Positions 17,637 to 25,828 are shown, counted from the stretch's first letter. The stretch: 64,000 nucleotides of DNA from Candidatus Roizmanbacteria bacterium RIFCSPLOWO2_01_FULL_35_13 (GCA_001789635.1 MGAF01000026.1:5055-69054); one strand, 5' to 3'. Notes: a model not told the origin generated them from the sequence alone. Made by a program: numbers and translations.

Positions 17637-18104
17637 ATGAATAAACTTAGAGTTGGTTGGTTTTCTTTTTCCTGCTGTGAAGACTCTACTATAATTTTTA
17701 CCGAGCTCCTAAATAATCACTATTTGGAATGGAAAAAGAAACTTGAGTTTGTGCACGCGAAAGTCTTAAAAAGGAGTCCTGACATTATTCCGGATATGGA
17801 TATTGCATTTGTCGAGGGAGCCATTACCTCGGATTCGCAGGAAAAAAAACTCAGAAATATCAGGGAAAAAGCAAAAATAATTGTGGCGATTGGAGCCTGT
17901 GCCGTAATCGGCTCTCCCTCAAACCAGAGAAATTTTTTTAATGAAAAACAATCGGAAGAAATAAAATCTATTCTAGAAAATTTCAAATATAAAGATAAAG
18001 TTTTTAAGGTATCGGATATTGTTAAAGTGGATGAAGTCGTTCCCGGCTGTCCGATGAATGAAGAAATATTTTTAAGAATTGTTAATAAATATCTGAACCA
18101 ATAG
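17637..18104 (+). CDS. [NiFe]-hydrogenase small subunit-like protein (NuoB/HoxY-type, short)
   Basis: FSFSCCEDS, GACAVIGSP and VPGCP Cys motifs, and it pairs with the adjacent large subunit. No twin-arginine signal. Confidence 0.6.
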   Translation: MNKLRVGWFSFSCCEDSTIIFTELLNNHYLEWKKKLEFVHAKVLKRSPDIIPDMDIAFVEGAITSDSQEKKLRNIREKAKIIVAIGACAVIGSPSNQRNFFNEKQSEEIKSILENFKYKDKVFKVSDIVKVDEVVPGCPMNEEIFLRIVNKYLNQ

Positions 18105-18109
18105 TTTTA

Positions 18110-18178
18110 GTCATTCTGGGGAGCGAAGCGACTCCAGAATCGTAGTTTAAACAACGATTCCGGACAAGCCGGAATGAC
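18110..18178 (+). repeat. GTCATTC..GAATGAC miniature inverted-repeat element (full copy)
   Basis: Terminal inverted repeat GTCATTCTGG/CCGGAATGAC. Internal hairpins TTCTGGGGAG..CTCCAGAA and ATTCCGG-ACAAG-CCGGAAT. Confidence 0.75.
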
Positions 18179-18188
18179 GTGAATAATA

Positions 18189-19499
18189 ATGCACGATATA
18201 AATGACAGTTTTGATATAAATCTGGACGAAGTTTCCAAAGTGGAGGGGGCTGCTTCTCTTGAAATAAAAGTAAGAAACAGAAAAATCGAGGATCTGAAAT
18301 TTTATATCTCCGAATGGAAGCGTTTCTATACCCAGGCGATTCAGGGAAAACCGGTAGTTGCAGCACCTCAGTTGGTAGCCAGAATTTGCGGAACCTGTTC
18401 CAATGCTCATCTTCTGTGTTCTATAAAAGCTATAGAAAATGCTTTTGGAATAATTCCGTCTCCTCAAACAATGCTTTTAAGAAAATTACTTTATTATGGT
18501 TTGATTATCAGGGACCACGGATTGCACCTTTATATTTTTTCTATGCCGGATCTGTTCGGTAAAAATTCCATACTTGATTTTGATGAAAACATTCCTGCGG
18601 AAAAAGAGCTTCTGGAAGAAACATTTTCGGTGAAAGAAGTGGGCAATCTGCTTTCGATTGTTGTTGGCGGCAGATCGGTTCATGCTCCAATGCCAACTAT
18701 CGGTGGATTTCTAAAATTACCTAAACTTGATGATCTTAAAAATCTTGTTCCAAAACTAAACGAAATCAGACCGAAAATTCTAAAATTGATAAAAATATTT
18801 GCCGAAGCCCCTTTGAATTTAAAAACTTCAGCAAAACTGAATTTCAGCAGTCTTGTTTCGCCGGACTTTTCTTTTCTTGAGGGAAAACTGAAAAATTCAA
18901 TAGGAGAGACGATGCTAACTAACGAACTGTCTAGCTATCTGGAAACAGTAATCATACCTTATTCGCATGCCCGCGGTTTTAAACTTCAGGGAAATCTGAT
19001 GATGGTGGGAGCTTTAGCAAGACTGAATTTGGCTAAGGATAATCTTCATTCTAAAACTAAACTGGACTCAGCCAAATATCTAAGTTTTTTTCCGTCAACC
19101 GATTTATTTCACAATAATTTAGCACAAGCAATAGAAATGCTTCATTCGGTTGATTCTTCAATTGATTTAATCCAGAGTCTGAGCATTATAAATGATGAAA
19201 AACCTCAAAAATTAATTCCCAAAAAATCAGTCGGTGTTGGAACAATTGAAGCTCCAAGAGGGACACTTTTTCATAAATACGAAATTGATGAACACGGAAC
19301 AATTAAAAAAGCCGAGATTATAGTCCCGACCGGTCAAAATCATGTACTTATGGAGAGAGGAATTTTTGAACAGACTAAAAAACTATTATTGGAAAAAGCG
19401 GATAAAGAAAAAATTATCTTTGAAGCAGAAAGACTGATCCGCGCTTTTGATCCCTGCATGTCCTGCGCCTCACACTTTTTGAAAGTTAAGTGGAAATAA
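18189..19499 (+). CDS. [NiFe]-hydrogenase large subunit
   Basis: N-terminal RICGTCSNAH (RxCGxCxxxH) and C-terminal DPCMSCASH (DPCxxCxxH), followed by a 7-aa tail. Confidence 0.85.
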   Translation: MHDINDSFDINLDEVSKVEGAASLEIKVRNRKIEDLKFYISEWKRFYTQAIQGKPVVAAPQLVARICGTCSNAHLLCSIKAIENAFGIIPSPQTMLLRKLLYYGLIIRDHGLHLYIFSMPDLFGKNSILDFDENIPAEKELLEETFSVKEVGNLLSIVVGGRSVHAPMPTIGGFLKLPKLDDLKNLVPKLNEIRPKILKLIKIFAEAPLNLKTSAKLNFSSLVSPDFSFLEGKLKNSIGETMLTNELSSYLETVIIPYSHARGFKLQGNLMMVGALARLNLAKDNLHSKTKLDSAKYLSFFPSTDLFHNNLAQAIEMLHSVDSSIDLIQSLSIINDEKPQKLIPKKSVGVGTIEAPRGTLFHKYEIDEHGTIKKAEIIVPTGQNHVLMERGIFEQTKKLLLEKADKEKIIFEAERLIRAFDPCMSCASHFLKVKWK

Positions 19500-19872
19500 C
19501 GTTCCTAATAAGCGTAGTTAAATGTATCATCTTTGTACGATCGAGCAAAGATGGTATGCCTATAATTTTTACTGAATTAATTCTTTTTAACTTTTTCAAT
19601 AATAAAAGATGCATCCCGAGATCGTAATCATGGGGTGAGTTGGGAGATTTTTGAATATTTTGCAGATCATTTAGGCCGAACATTTTCGGTTTTTTTATTC
19701 CTTTAATCGTATCAATAATTACCAAATCTTTTTCATTTTCCGGAGGAAAATTTTCATTCGGGTCTACGATTTCAAACTCTATTTTCGGGAAAGTTTTTTT
19801 AAGTTCAGGAAGGATTTTTACGGGTAAATTGTCTGCTTTAACTAACGGATTGCCAAACACATAAATTTTCAT
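19486..19872 (-). CDS. hydrogenase maturation endopeptidase (HycI/HoxW-like)
   Basis: MKIYVFGNPLVKADNLP (GNxL..D pattern), the right size, and adjacent to the large subunit. Convergent 14-bp overlap with it. Confidence 0.6.
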   Translation of the reverse strand: MKIYVFGNPLVKADNLPVKILPELKKTFPKIEFEIVDPNENFPPENEKDLVIIDTIKGIKKPKMFGLNDLQNIQKSPNSPHDYDLGMHLLLLKKLKRINSVKIIGIPSLLDRTKMIHLTTLIRNVIST

Positions 19873-19882
19873 ATTTTTTCCT

Positions 19883-19942
19883 GTCATTCCCACGAAAGTG
19901 GGAATCCAGATTAAATAGATTCCGCATCAAGTGCGGAATGAC
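19883..19942 (+). repeat. GTCATTCC..GGAATGAC miniature inverted-repeat element (full copy)
   Basis: ATTCCCAC-GAAA-GTGGGAAT and ATTCCGCA-TCAAG-TGCGGAAT hairpins between the terminal inverted repeats. Confidence 0.75.
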
Positions 19943-19947
19943 ATTGA

Positions 19948-20727
19948 TCAACTATTAAAGAATTCTATTGCTTTTTTTGTATAAAAATCTAAATTTTTCA
20001 CCTGAATTAGAGTTAAAACATCACATACAAAACCCCAGTGAAAGCTGACCCAGTCGCCAACCTTCAATACCGGTAAGAAAGACTTTCCTTTGTAATCGAT
20101 TTTTAATTCTTTTATGTCTGGTCTACTCATTATTAATTGATAGTTGTTAATAGTTAATTGTTTCGCTTTGACTAAAATATTTTTGATTTTTGATCTGTTT
20201 TTTTGATTTTTAATATTTGATATTTGATATTCTCCAAGATTAATGATTTGTCCAAAACCTATTCGGCAACTATCCATAGTTTCTAAAGTATGGTTTACGA
20301 CCATAATTCCAGTTCTTTTGAAGATATTAAAAACATGAAAAGCATGGTGTGGATAAAACTTACTCGACAATATTTTTGATTTTACTTTTTGAAATTTTAT
20401 ATCTCCCATTTTTTTCTCCAGGTTAAGTTCTTCCTGCAGCAGATATGAGTAGTTTTTATTTGAAATATTGTCTAAAAGGGAATTTCCGATCCAGTAGGCT
20501 TCCACGACTTTTTCATTAAACGGATCAGGAATTTTATTTTCTGTTGAAATAAGTTTTAGGTATGAATATAAAGTCTCAAACTGCGACAGTATTATTTTTA
20601 CTTCTTTATCGGCAACTTTTTCTTTCAAGTGATCTATCAAACTAGCGTTTTCCTCCGGTCCGCAGTAGCCGAAAAAATTGGGAGCCGAAGAATATTTTAC
20701 GCAAAGCAGTAGTCCTTTTGGGTCCAT
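19948..20727 (-). CDS. conserved hypothetical protein with a HypC-like C-terminal motif
   Basis: C-terminal VGDWVSFHWGFVCDVL resembles HypC/HupF GDYVLVHVGFAI. Family not identified. Confidence 0.4.
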   Translation of the reverse strand: MDPKGLLLCVKYSSAPNFFGYCGPEENASLIDHLKEKVADKEVKIILSQFETLYSYLKLISTENKIPDPFNEKVVEAYWIGNSLLDNISNKNYSYLLQEELNLEKKMGDIKFQKVKSKILSSKFYPHHAFHVFNIFKRTGIMVVNHTLETMDSCRIGFGQIINLGEYQISNIKNQKNRSKIKNILVKAKQLTINNYQLIMSRPDIKELKIDYKGKSFLPVLKVGDWVSFHWGFVCDVLTLIQVKNLDFYTKKAIEFFNS

Positions 20728-20756
20728 TTTAATTTTTGAGCCTTATAGCCAGCCGA

Positions 20757-20785
20757 TTATCAACCGCTGCGGTTGAAAAAAAGGT
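20757..20785 (-). repeat. CCAACCTTTTTTTCAACCGCAGCGGTTGA repeat (copy 1)
   Basis: The reverse complement matches 32216-32244. Contains the hairpin CAACCGC-N-GCGGTTG. Confidence 0.7.
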
Positions 20786-20797
20786 TGGCAAAACAAC

Positions 20798-21733
20798 CTA
20801 TTTTGATTGCAAAAAATGTAATTTTTTAACAAGGGAAGGGACGAGAATTATCAATAGGGCTAGGCTAATTAATAGAGAAGTATTTATATCTTTCGGAAGA
20901 ATTCTTACTCCTGCAAATGAACCATTTAAAATGTTTCCAACAACAACCGCAAAAGTAAGAATTAATGAAACTAAACTGGCAGGCGCGTATTTAAGCGCTT
21001 TGTACCAGGTGAAGACGTAAAAGAAAAGAATTGTGCCGCCAATAAATACAATTGTTAATTGCTTGCCCGCCGAAGCTTCAGCGGAGGCGGGTTGATTAAA
21101 AATATTCAATAATAAAGGGCCTTTTCCAGTTAAAATAGTCGTTAACATTAATAAACTTCCGCCGATTCCCATCCGGAATAATCCAACTAATTCCGACGAA
21201 ACATTTTTTAAAACTTTTTTTGCCAAAATATTTTCCCCACTCCAAAGTAATGTGGCAGCTAAGACCATGATTTCGCCTCGACCCAAGGAAAGACTCAATT
21301 TTCCCAGGAAAAAATTGGCGATAATGATTAAGGTAAAACTAATAAGGTAAGTAATATTTAATTTTTCCTTGAGAAATATTACGGCCAAAATTGTTACCCA
21401 AATAAATAAAGATTTTTGAATTAAATTAGCGCTAATCGCTGGAATAAATTGCAATCCGGTGAAAAATAGATAGAAAGGTAAAGCTCCTCCGATTAAACCA
21501 ATTAAAGAAAGTAAAACAAACTGTTTTTTTGATAACTTTTTTAATTCATGCAATTTACCTGAAAATAAAAACAGAAGCAAAAACAAAATTCCTACATAAA
21601 AATTACGTGATGAAGTCAGGACTAAGGGAGAAATTTGCGATACAGAAATTTTTGAATAAAAAATTGCAATACCTGAAATTAGTGAGGCTAGGAATGCTAA
21701 TAAAACTCCTTTTGTAACATTGTTTTTTTGCAT
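20798..21733 (-). CDS. EamA/DMT family transporter
   Basis: About 10 hydrophobic helices in two EamA-like halves. ATG at 21733 is preferred. Confidence 0.7.
   Translation of the reverse strand: MQKNNVTKGVLLAFLASLISGIAIFYSKISVSQISPLVLTSSRNFYVGILFLLLFLFSGKLHELKKLSKKQFVLLSLIGLIGGALPFYLFFTGLQFIPAISANLIQKSLFIWVTILAVIFLKEKLNITYLISFTLIIIANFFLGKLSLSLGRGEIMVLAATLLWSGENILAKKVLKNVSSELVGLFRMGIGGSLLMLTTILTGKGPLLLNIFNQPASAEASAGKQLTIVFIGGTILFFYVFTWYKALKYAPASLVSLILTFAVVVGNILNGSFAGVRILPKDINTSLLISLALLIILVPSLVKKLHFLQSK
21061..21094 (-). repeat. GC-rich palindromic element inserted in frame in the EamA gene (encodes QPASAEASAGKQ)
   Basis: The coding-strand CCGCCTCCGCTGAAGCTTCGGCGGGCAAGC matches the copA element at 24/30 positions, in the same reading frame. 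Confidence 0.65.
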
Positions 21734-21753
21734 ATTTGAAAAAGTAGATTCTG

Positions 21754-21874
21754 TCACTCGTGATCCCTTCTCTCCCACCTTCGCTAAAGCTTCGGACGGG
21801 CACGCCTGCTTGCGCTTCCTTGCCCCTCAAAGTCTGAAAGACGAAGTGGGGTCGGAGAGTCACCTCACTCGTGA
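21754..21874 (+). repeat. About 100-bp GC-rich element flanked by the 10-bp direct repeat TCACTCGTGA
   Basis: TCACTCGTGA occurs at 21754-21763 and 21865-21874. The interior contains CTCCCACCTTCGCTAAAGCTTCGGACGGGCA (the copA-element family) and CGAAGTGGGG. Confidence 0.55.
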
Positions 21875-21906
21875 CACCTACTTTTGTTTTTTTATTAAAT
21901 ACCTAA

Positions 21907-22083
21907 CTAAAAAGTAACTTGTTTTGGTTCAATTTTTTGAATTATTAGGTTTCCGTAAACTATTACTAAATCATCGACTTTTATTTTACCGGCGTTTTTA
22001 TCATAAACGGCTTTAATCCCATTTTCAAGAAAGGCTTTTTTACCTTCGATTTTTTTTACCTTAAGGGGCCTTAAATAACACAT
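21907..22083 (-). CDS. HypC/HupF-like hydrogenase assembly chaperone (58 aa; below the ORF-track cutoff)
   Basis: Hand translation gives MCYLRPLKVKKIEGKKAFLENGIKAVYDKNAGKIKVDDLVIVYGNLIIQKIEPKQVTF. It has the Met-Cys start and the HypC layout. Confidence 0.5.
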   Translation of the reverse strand: MCYLRPLKVKKIEGKKAFLENGIKAVYDKNAGKIKVDDLVIVYGNLIIQKIEPKQVTF

Positions 22084-22092
22084 AATACAATT

Positions 22093-23484
22093 TTATTCTT
22101 TAATCAATTCAACTGCAACGACCATATTTGGAGGCATTATTATTGATCTTTGCAGAGTTCCTCCGGGTATTTTTATGTTTTTAACCGGAATTATTCTGCC
22201 GTCGATATAGACAGTGTTCATAGTATATGTTCCGGCTGAAAGATTGTTAAAAGTAATCGGAACCGCTTCGGTATTTTTATTATTCTGGTCATAATTTACC
22301 AGAATTATATTGATTACATTTTCATAAGTACTCGCAAGTCCTTTGACAAAAGTTCCTTCTCCCTCAATCATAATTTCATCTCCCTGCAATTGGTTAAGAA
22401 ATTTTAAGGCGGCGTAGCGGGGTTTTTCTTTGCCATCATATGAAAGGATTCCCCAGCGGGGAGTAGGACCGTCTTTAATTTCAAAAAGAAATGCAAGTTC
22501 GACATTCTGTCTGAAAAAATTTCTTATTGATGCGATAGTATGAGCTGCTCCAATATTGCTGTCGGCAATCGGATTGGGATCAGAGTCATATCCCCATTCG
22601 CTTAATATTTTTGGTAAGTTGCGGTAAGGTTCATATTGTGCATCTGTAAGCCAAAAATCCAGCTGCTGAATCCGGTAGGCAATACTCTGCGTGTCTTTTG
22701 AGTAGTGATGCCAGGAAATAAAATCAATCCGCAGATTATTTTCTTTTATAAAGTCCAATAATCTGGTTATCCAGTTACGATAGAGAGACGTAGTTGCGGG
22801 ACCGCCGATTAAAAATTTATTAACGTTTGCGGCTTTTTGCGCTCCCAATGATGAATAAAAATAAAGAGTTTTATAATCATTTTGTGTCCATTTCCCAAAA
22901 GTCTCAAGATCGGGTTCGTTCCAGACTTCATAATATATATCCGTTAACCAGGGACCTGATATCTGACCACAAAGTCTGGTTATAGTGCCGCTATATCTCT
23001 CAACTGTTTTTTGAACAAGAAAAGACCACTCTTCCCAATTATTGGGTTTGGATACCAAAGATCCGTCTGATGATAATGCCGGCGGCATATAACCTAAAGA
23101 AAAAAAGGGCTTGGCTCCGGTGTGAAAAATATCACAGACTGTTTCATCCAGCTTTTGCCAATTTAATTGTATGGCTCCTTTGTTATCTCGGTTAACAACA
23201 TTATAGTAGTCGTAGATATGGTCAAGCCTGATATAGCGGGGATACAAAGCTGCTGTCTGAGGAATGACATTAGCAAGCATTCTGATTCCGATTTCTTCGC
23301 CGCCTTGTGCAAGGGCTTTCCATTTATCCGGAATAGGGCCTATGATTTTTTTGACATCAATTTCGATATTGGCTTTGACCGGAAAAGCCAGACTCAAATA
23401 CGTGCTGTTTAGAAGAAAATAAATAGGCAGAAAAATAATAATAAGAATTACAATTCCGATAATAACCGCATATCTAATGCTCAT
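22093..23484 (-). CDS. membrane-anchored clan GH-A glycoside hydrolase (GH5/GH39-like)
   Basis: N-terminal TM helix, YYEVWNEPD (acid/base NEP motif), SEWGY (candidate nucleophile). Confidence 0.5.
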   Translation of the reverse strand: MSIRYAVIIGIVILIIIFLPIYFLLNSTYLSLAFPVKANIEIDVKKIIGPIPDKWKALAQGGEEIGIRMLANVIPQTAALYPRYIRLDHIYDYYNVVNRDNKGAIQLNWQKLDETVCDIFHTGAKPFFSLGYMPPALSSDGSLVSKPNNWEEWSFLVQKTVERYSGTITRLCGQISGPWLTDIYYEVWNEPDLETFGKWTQNDYKTLYFYSSLGAQKAANVNKFLIGGPATTSLYRNWITRLLDFIKENNLRIDFISWHHYSKDTQSIAYRIQQLDFWLTDAQYEPYRNLPKILSEWGYDSDPNPIADSNIGAAHTIASIRNFFRQNVELAFLFEIKDGPTPRWGILSYDGKEKPRYAALKFLNQLQGDEIMIEGEGTFVKGLASTYENVINIILVNYDQNNKNTEAVPITFNNLSAGTYTMNTVYIDGRIIPVKNIKIPGGTLQRSIIMPPNMVVAVELIKE

Positions 23485-23501
23485 AGTATAATTATTACAT
23501 A

Positions 23502-25211
23502 ATGTTGGCACTTTTATTCTTTGCATTTATTTCGGGATTAGTTACAATTCTTGCTCCCTGCATCTGGCCGCTTTTACCGATTGTTCTTTCGTCGACGACC
23601 GCTGGGGGAAAATCCAAGCCATTAGGAATTACTTTGGGAATAGTTACGAGTTTTGCTTTTTTCACTCTAACCATTTCCTATATCGTTAAAATAATTCCTT
23701 TTGACCCGAATATTTTGCGGTTGTTTGCAGTTTTAGTCATTGGATTTTTAGGATTGACCCTTATCGTTCCTAAATTAACCCAAATTATTGAGGGGTGGGT
23801 AAGTAGATTTAGTGCCAGGCACTATCCAGTACCTGGTTATACCAAAATAAAAGATCAAGGTTTTCGTGGTGGATTAATAACGGGTTTAGCTCTTGGAGTA
23901 GTTTGGTCTCCTTGTGCCGGGCCGATCCTGGCAACTATTGCAACTCTTGCGGCAACCCAGTCAGTAAATCTGGGAATTATTTTAGTCACATTAGTTTACG
24001 TAATTGGCGTAGGAATTCCTTTATTTGCTTTTGCAACTCTTGGTTCTGAATTTTTTTCCAAGAGTCGGGTGCTTTCACCTTATACCGGGCAAATTCAAAA
24101 AGTTTTTGGCGTGATTATGATTTTGACGGCACTAGCAATTTTTACAAACTATGATAAAACCATTCAGGTAAAGCTTTTAGATCTTTTTCCGTCTTATTCA
24201 AATTTTTTGTTTAAGTTAGAAAGTAATCAATCGGTTAAGCAACAACTGAATATTTTAAAAGGTAAGAAAGAAATGCCCAAAGAGGCTCCGATGAATAAAA
24301 GTATAATCATGATTACGCCTTCATCATCCCTGCCAAATCTCGGTCCGGCGCCGGAGTTTACCGGTATTTATAAGTGGCTAAATGTAGATAAGCCTTTAAC
24401 AATTAAGGGACTCAAGGGAAAGGTTGTCTTGATCGACTTTTGGACTTATACCTGCATTAACTGTATTCGGACTTTGCCTTTTGTTACCAGCTGGTATGAA
24501 AAATATAAAGATAAAGGGTTTGCAGTGATCGGAGTGCATACTCCGGAATTTGAATTCGAAAAAAATACAAAAAATGTACTAGGCGCAATAAAGCAATATA
24601 AAATTAATTACCCGGTCGCACAGGATAACGACTATAAAACCTGGAATGCCTATGACAATCACTATTGGCCGGCAAAATATCTGATTGATACTAATGGGAA
24701 TATCCGTTATACCCATTTTGGTGAAGGAGATTATGAAGAGACGGAGATGCATATAAAAACACTTTTAAAAGAAGCGGGAGAACAAGTGGATGAAGCAACA
24801 ATCAAACTTGAAGATCAGTCACCAAGAATGCGTATGACTCCGGAGACATATCTTGGATCCGCGAGGAGAGAGGTAGGCACTTTTAATTTGCAGGGAAAGT
24901 GGGATGTGCAGGATGAGTATTCATCTTCTTCAAAAGGATCGGTTTTGGAAATCAATTTTTTTGCGGATAAGGTATTTTTAGTTATTACTCCAAAAAACAT
25001 AAACGATAGAGTAAAAGTAGTTGTTGACGGAGAGGTTGTTAATGTCCAAAACGCGGGAGAAGATATAAAAGACGGATATGTCCTATTTAAAGAAGATCAC
25101 CCAAACAATCTATACAATCTGATAGATCTAAAGGGAAATCCAAGTGATCATTTGCTTCGGTTGGAGTTTGAAACAGAAGGAACAAAAATTTTTGCCTTTA
25201 CTTTTGGTTAG
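23502..25211 (+). CDS. DipZ-like protein: CcdA/DsbD membrane domain fused to a thioredoxin-like domain
   Basis: TILAPCIWP and WSPCAGP in TM helices; redoxin motif WTYTCINCIRTLP. Confidence 0.75.
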   Translation: MLALLFFAFISGLVTILAPCIWPLLPIVLSSTTAGGKSKPLGITLGIVTSFAFFTLTISYIVKIIPFDPNILRLFAVLVIGFLGLTLIVPKLTQIIEGWVSRFSARHYPVPGYTKIKDQGFRGGLITGLALGVVWSPCAGPILATIATLAATQSVNLGIILVTLVYVIGVGIPLFAFATLGSEFFSKSRVLSPYTGQIQKVFGVIMILTALAIFTNYDKTIQVKLLDLFPSYSNFLFKLESNQSVKQQLNILKGKKEMPKEAPMNKSIIMITPSSSLPNLGPAPEFTGIYKWLNVDKPLTIKGLKGKVVLIDFWTYTCINCIRTLPFVTSWYEKYKDKGFAVIGVHTPEFEFEKNTKNVLGAIKQYKINYPVAQDNDYKTWNAYDNHYWPAKYLIDTNGNIRYTHFGEGDYEETEMHIKTLLKEAGEQVDEATIKLEDQSPRMRMTPETYLGSARREVGTFNLQGKWDVQDEYSSSSKGSVLEINFFADKVFLVITPKNINDRVKVVVDGEVVNVQNAGEDIKDGYVLFKEDHPNNLYNLIDLKGNPSDHLLRLEFETEGTKIFAFTFG

Positions 25212-25812
25212 TTGTATTTCTTAGTTTTCTAACTTCCTTATATAGATTTATTAAAGTTTTATTTTTTAATTTTCTATCGTTGAAGTTAAAGAATTCTTGT
25301 AATTCATTATTACGTTTATTATATTGATGTTCGTAAATTACAGCTTGAAAAGCCATTTCCATATAATCGATTTGTCTAATTAATTGTGATTCAGGAGTTA
25401 CCCCTTCTTCATATTCTTTCCAAAGAGCAATGTAATTTTTTCCGTTAGGAATTTTGGAAAATATTTCAGTTACGGCCTTATATTCCCATTCGTGCTTAGT
25501 TTCTTTTGATATATGGTCATGCGGGGTTACATCTCCAATATATATCTCACCAAGTTCATGAATTAAAACCATTTTTAAAAGTTTTATCATGTCAAGAGAT
25601 TCAAAATAACTATCTACAATAATTAGTGCGAGTATTGACGTTCCAAAAAGATGGTCGGCTACACTTTCACATTTATTCTCAGGAATTCCTTTTAATAACC
25701 AGCCTTGTCTGAAGAGTTGCTTCAGATGATTCAGTTCAAAATAAAATTCAATAATAGGGTTGACTTTTTTTCCTTGAAGAAGAAGCGCGGGGTTTCTGTT
25801 TTTTGTTTTCAT
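25198..25812 (-). CDS. HD-superfamily phosphohydrolase (YfbR-like; HD replaced by HE)
   Basis: ESVADHLFG ... LIHELGEIYIGD parallels the YfbR H...HD...D motifs. Confidence 0.55.
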   Translation of the reverse strand: MKTKNRNPALLLQGKKVNPIIEFYFELNHLKQLFRQGWLLKGIPENKCESVADHLFGTSILALIIVDSYFESLDMIKLLKMVLIHELGEIYIGDVTPHDHISKETKHEWEYKAVTEIFSKIPNGKNYIALWKEYEEGVTPESQLIRQIDYMEMAFQAVIYEHQYNKRNNELQEFFNFNDRKLKNKTLINLYKEVRKLRNTTNQK

Positions 25813-25828
25813 ACGTTACAATTGTATC

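Noticed and set aside
18082-18467. ORFs 18082..18366 and 18147..18467, plus similar ones at 20736..21020, 21603..21917, 32833..33165, 34343..34588, 57563..57829 and 7687..7926.
   Set aside because: They run through miniature repeat elements or antisense to real genes. Their GC-rich parts are the palindromic elements themselves.
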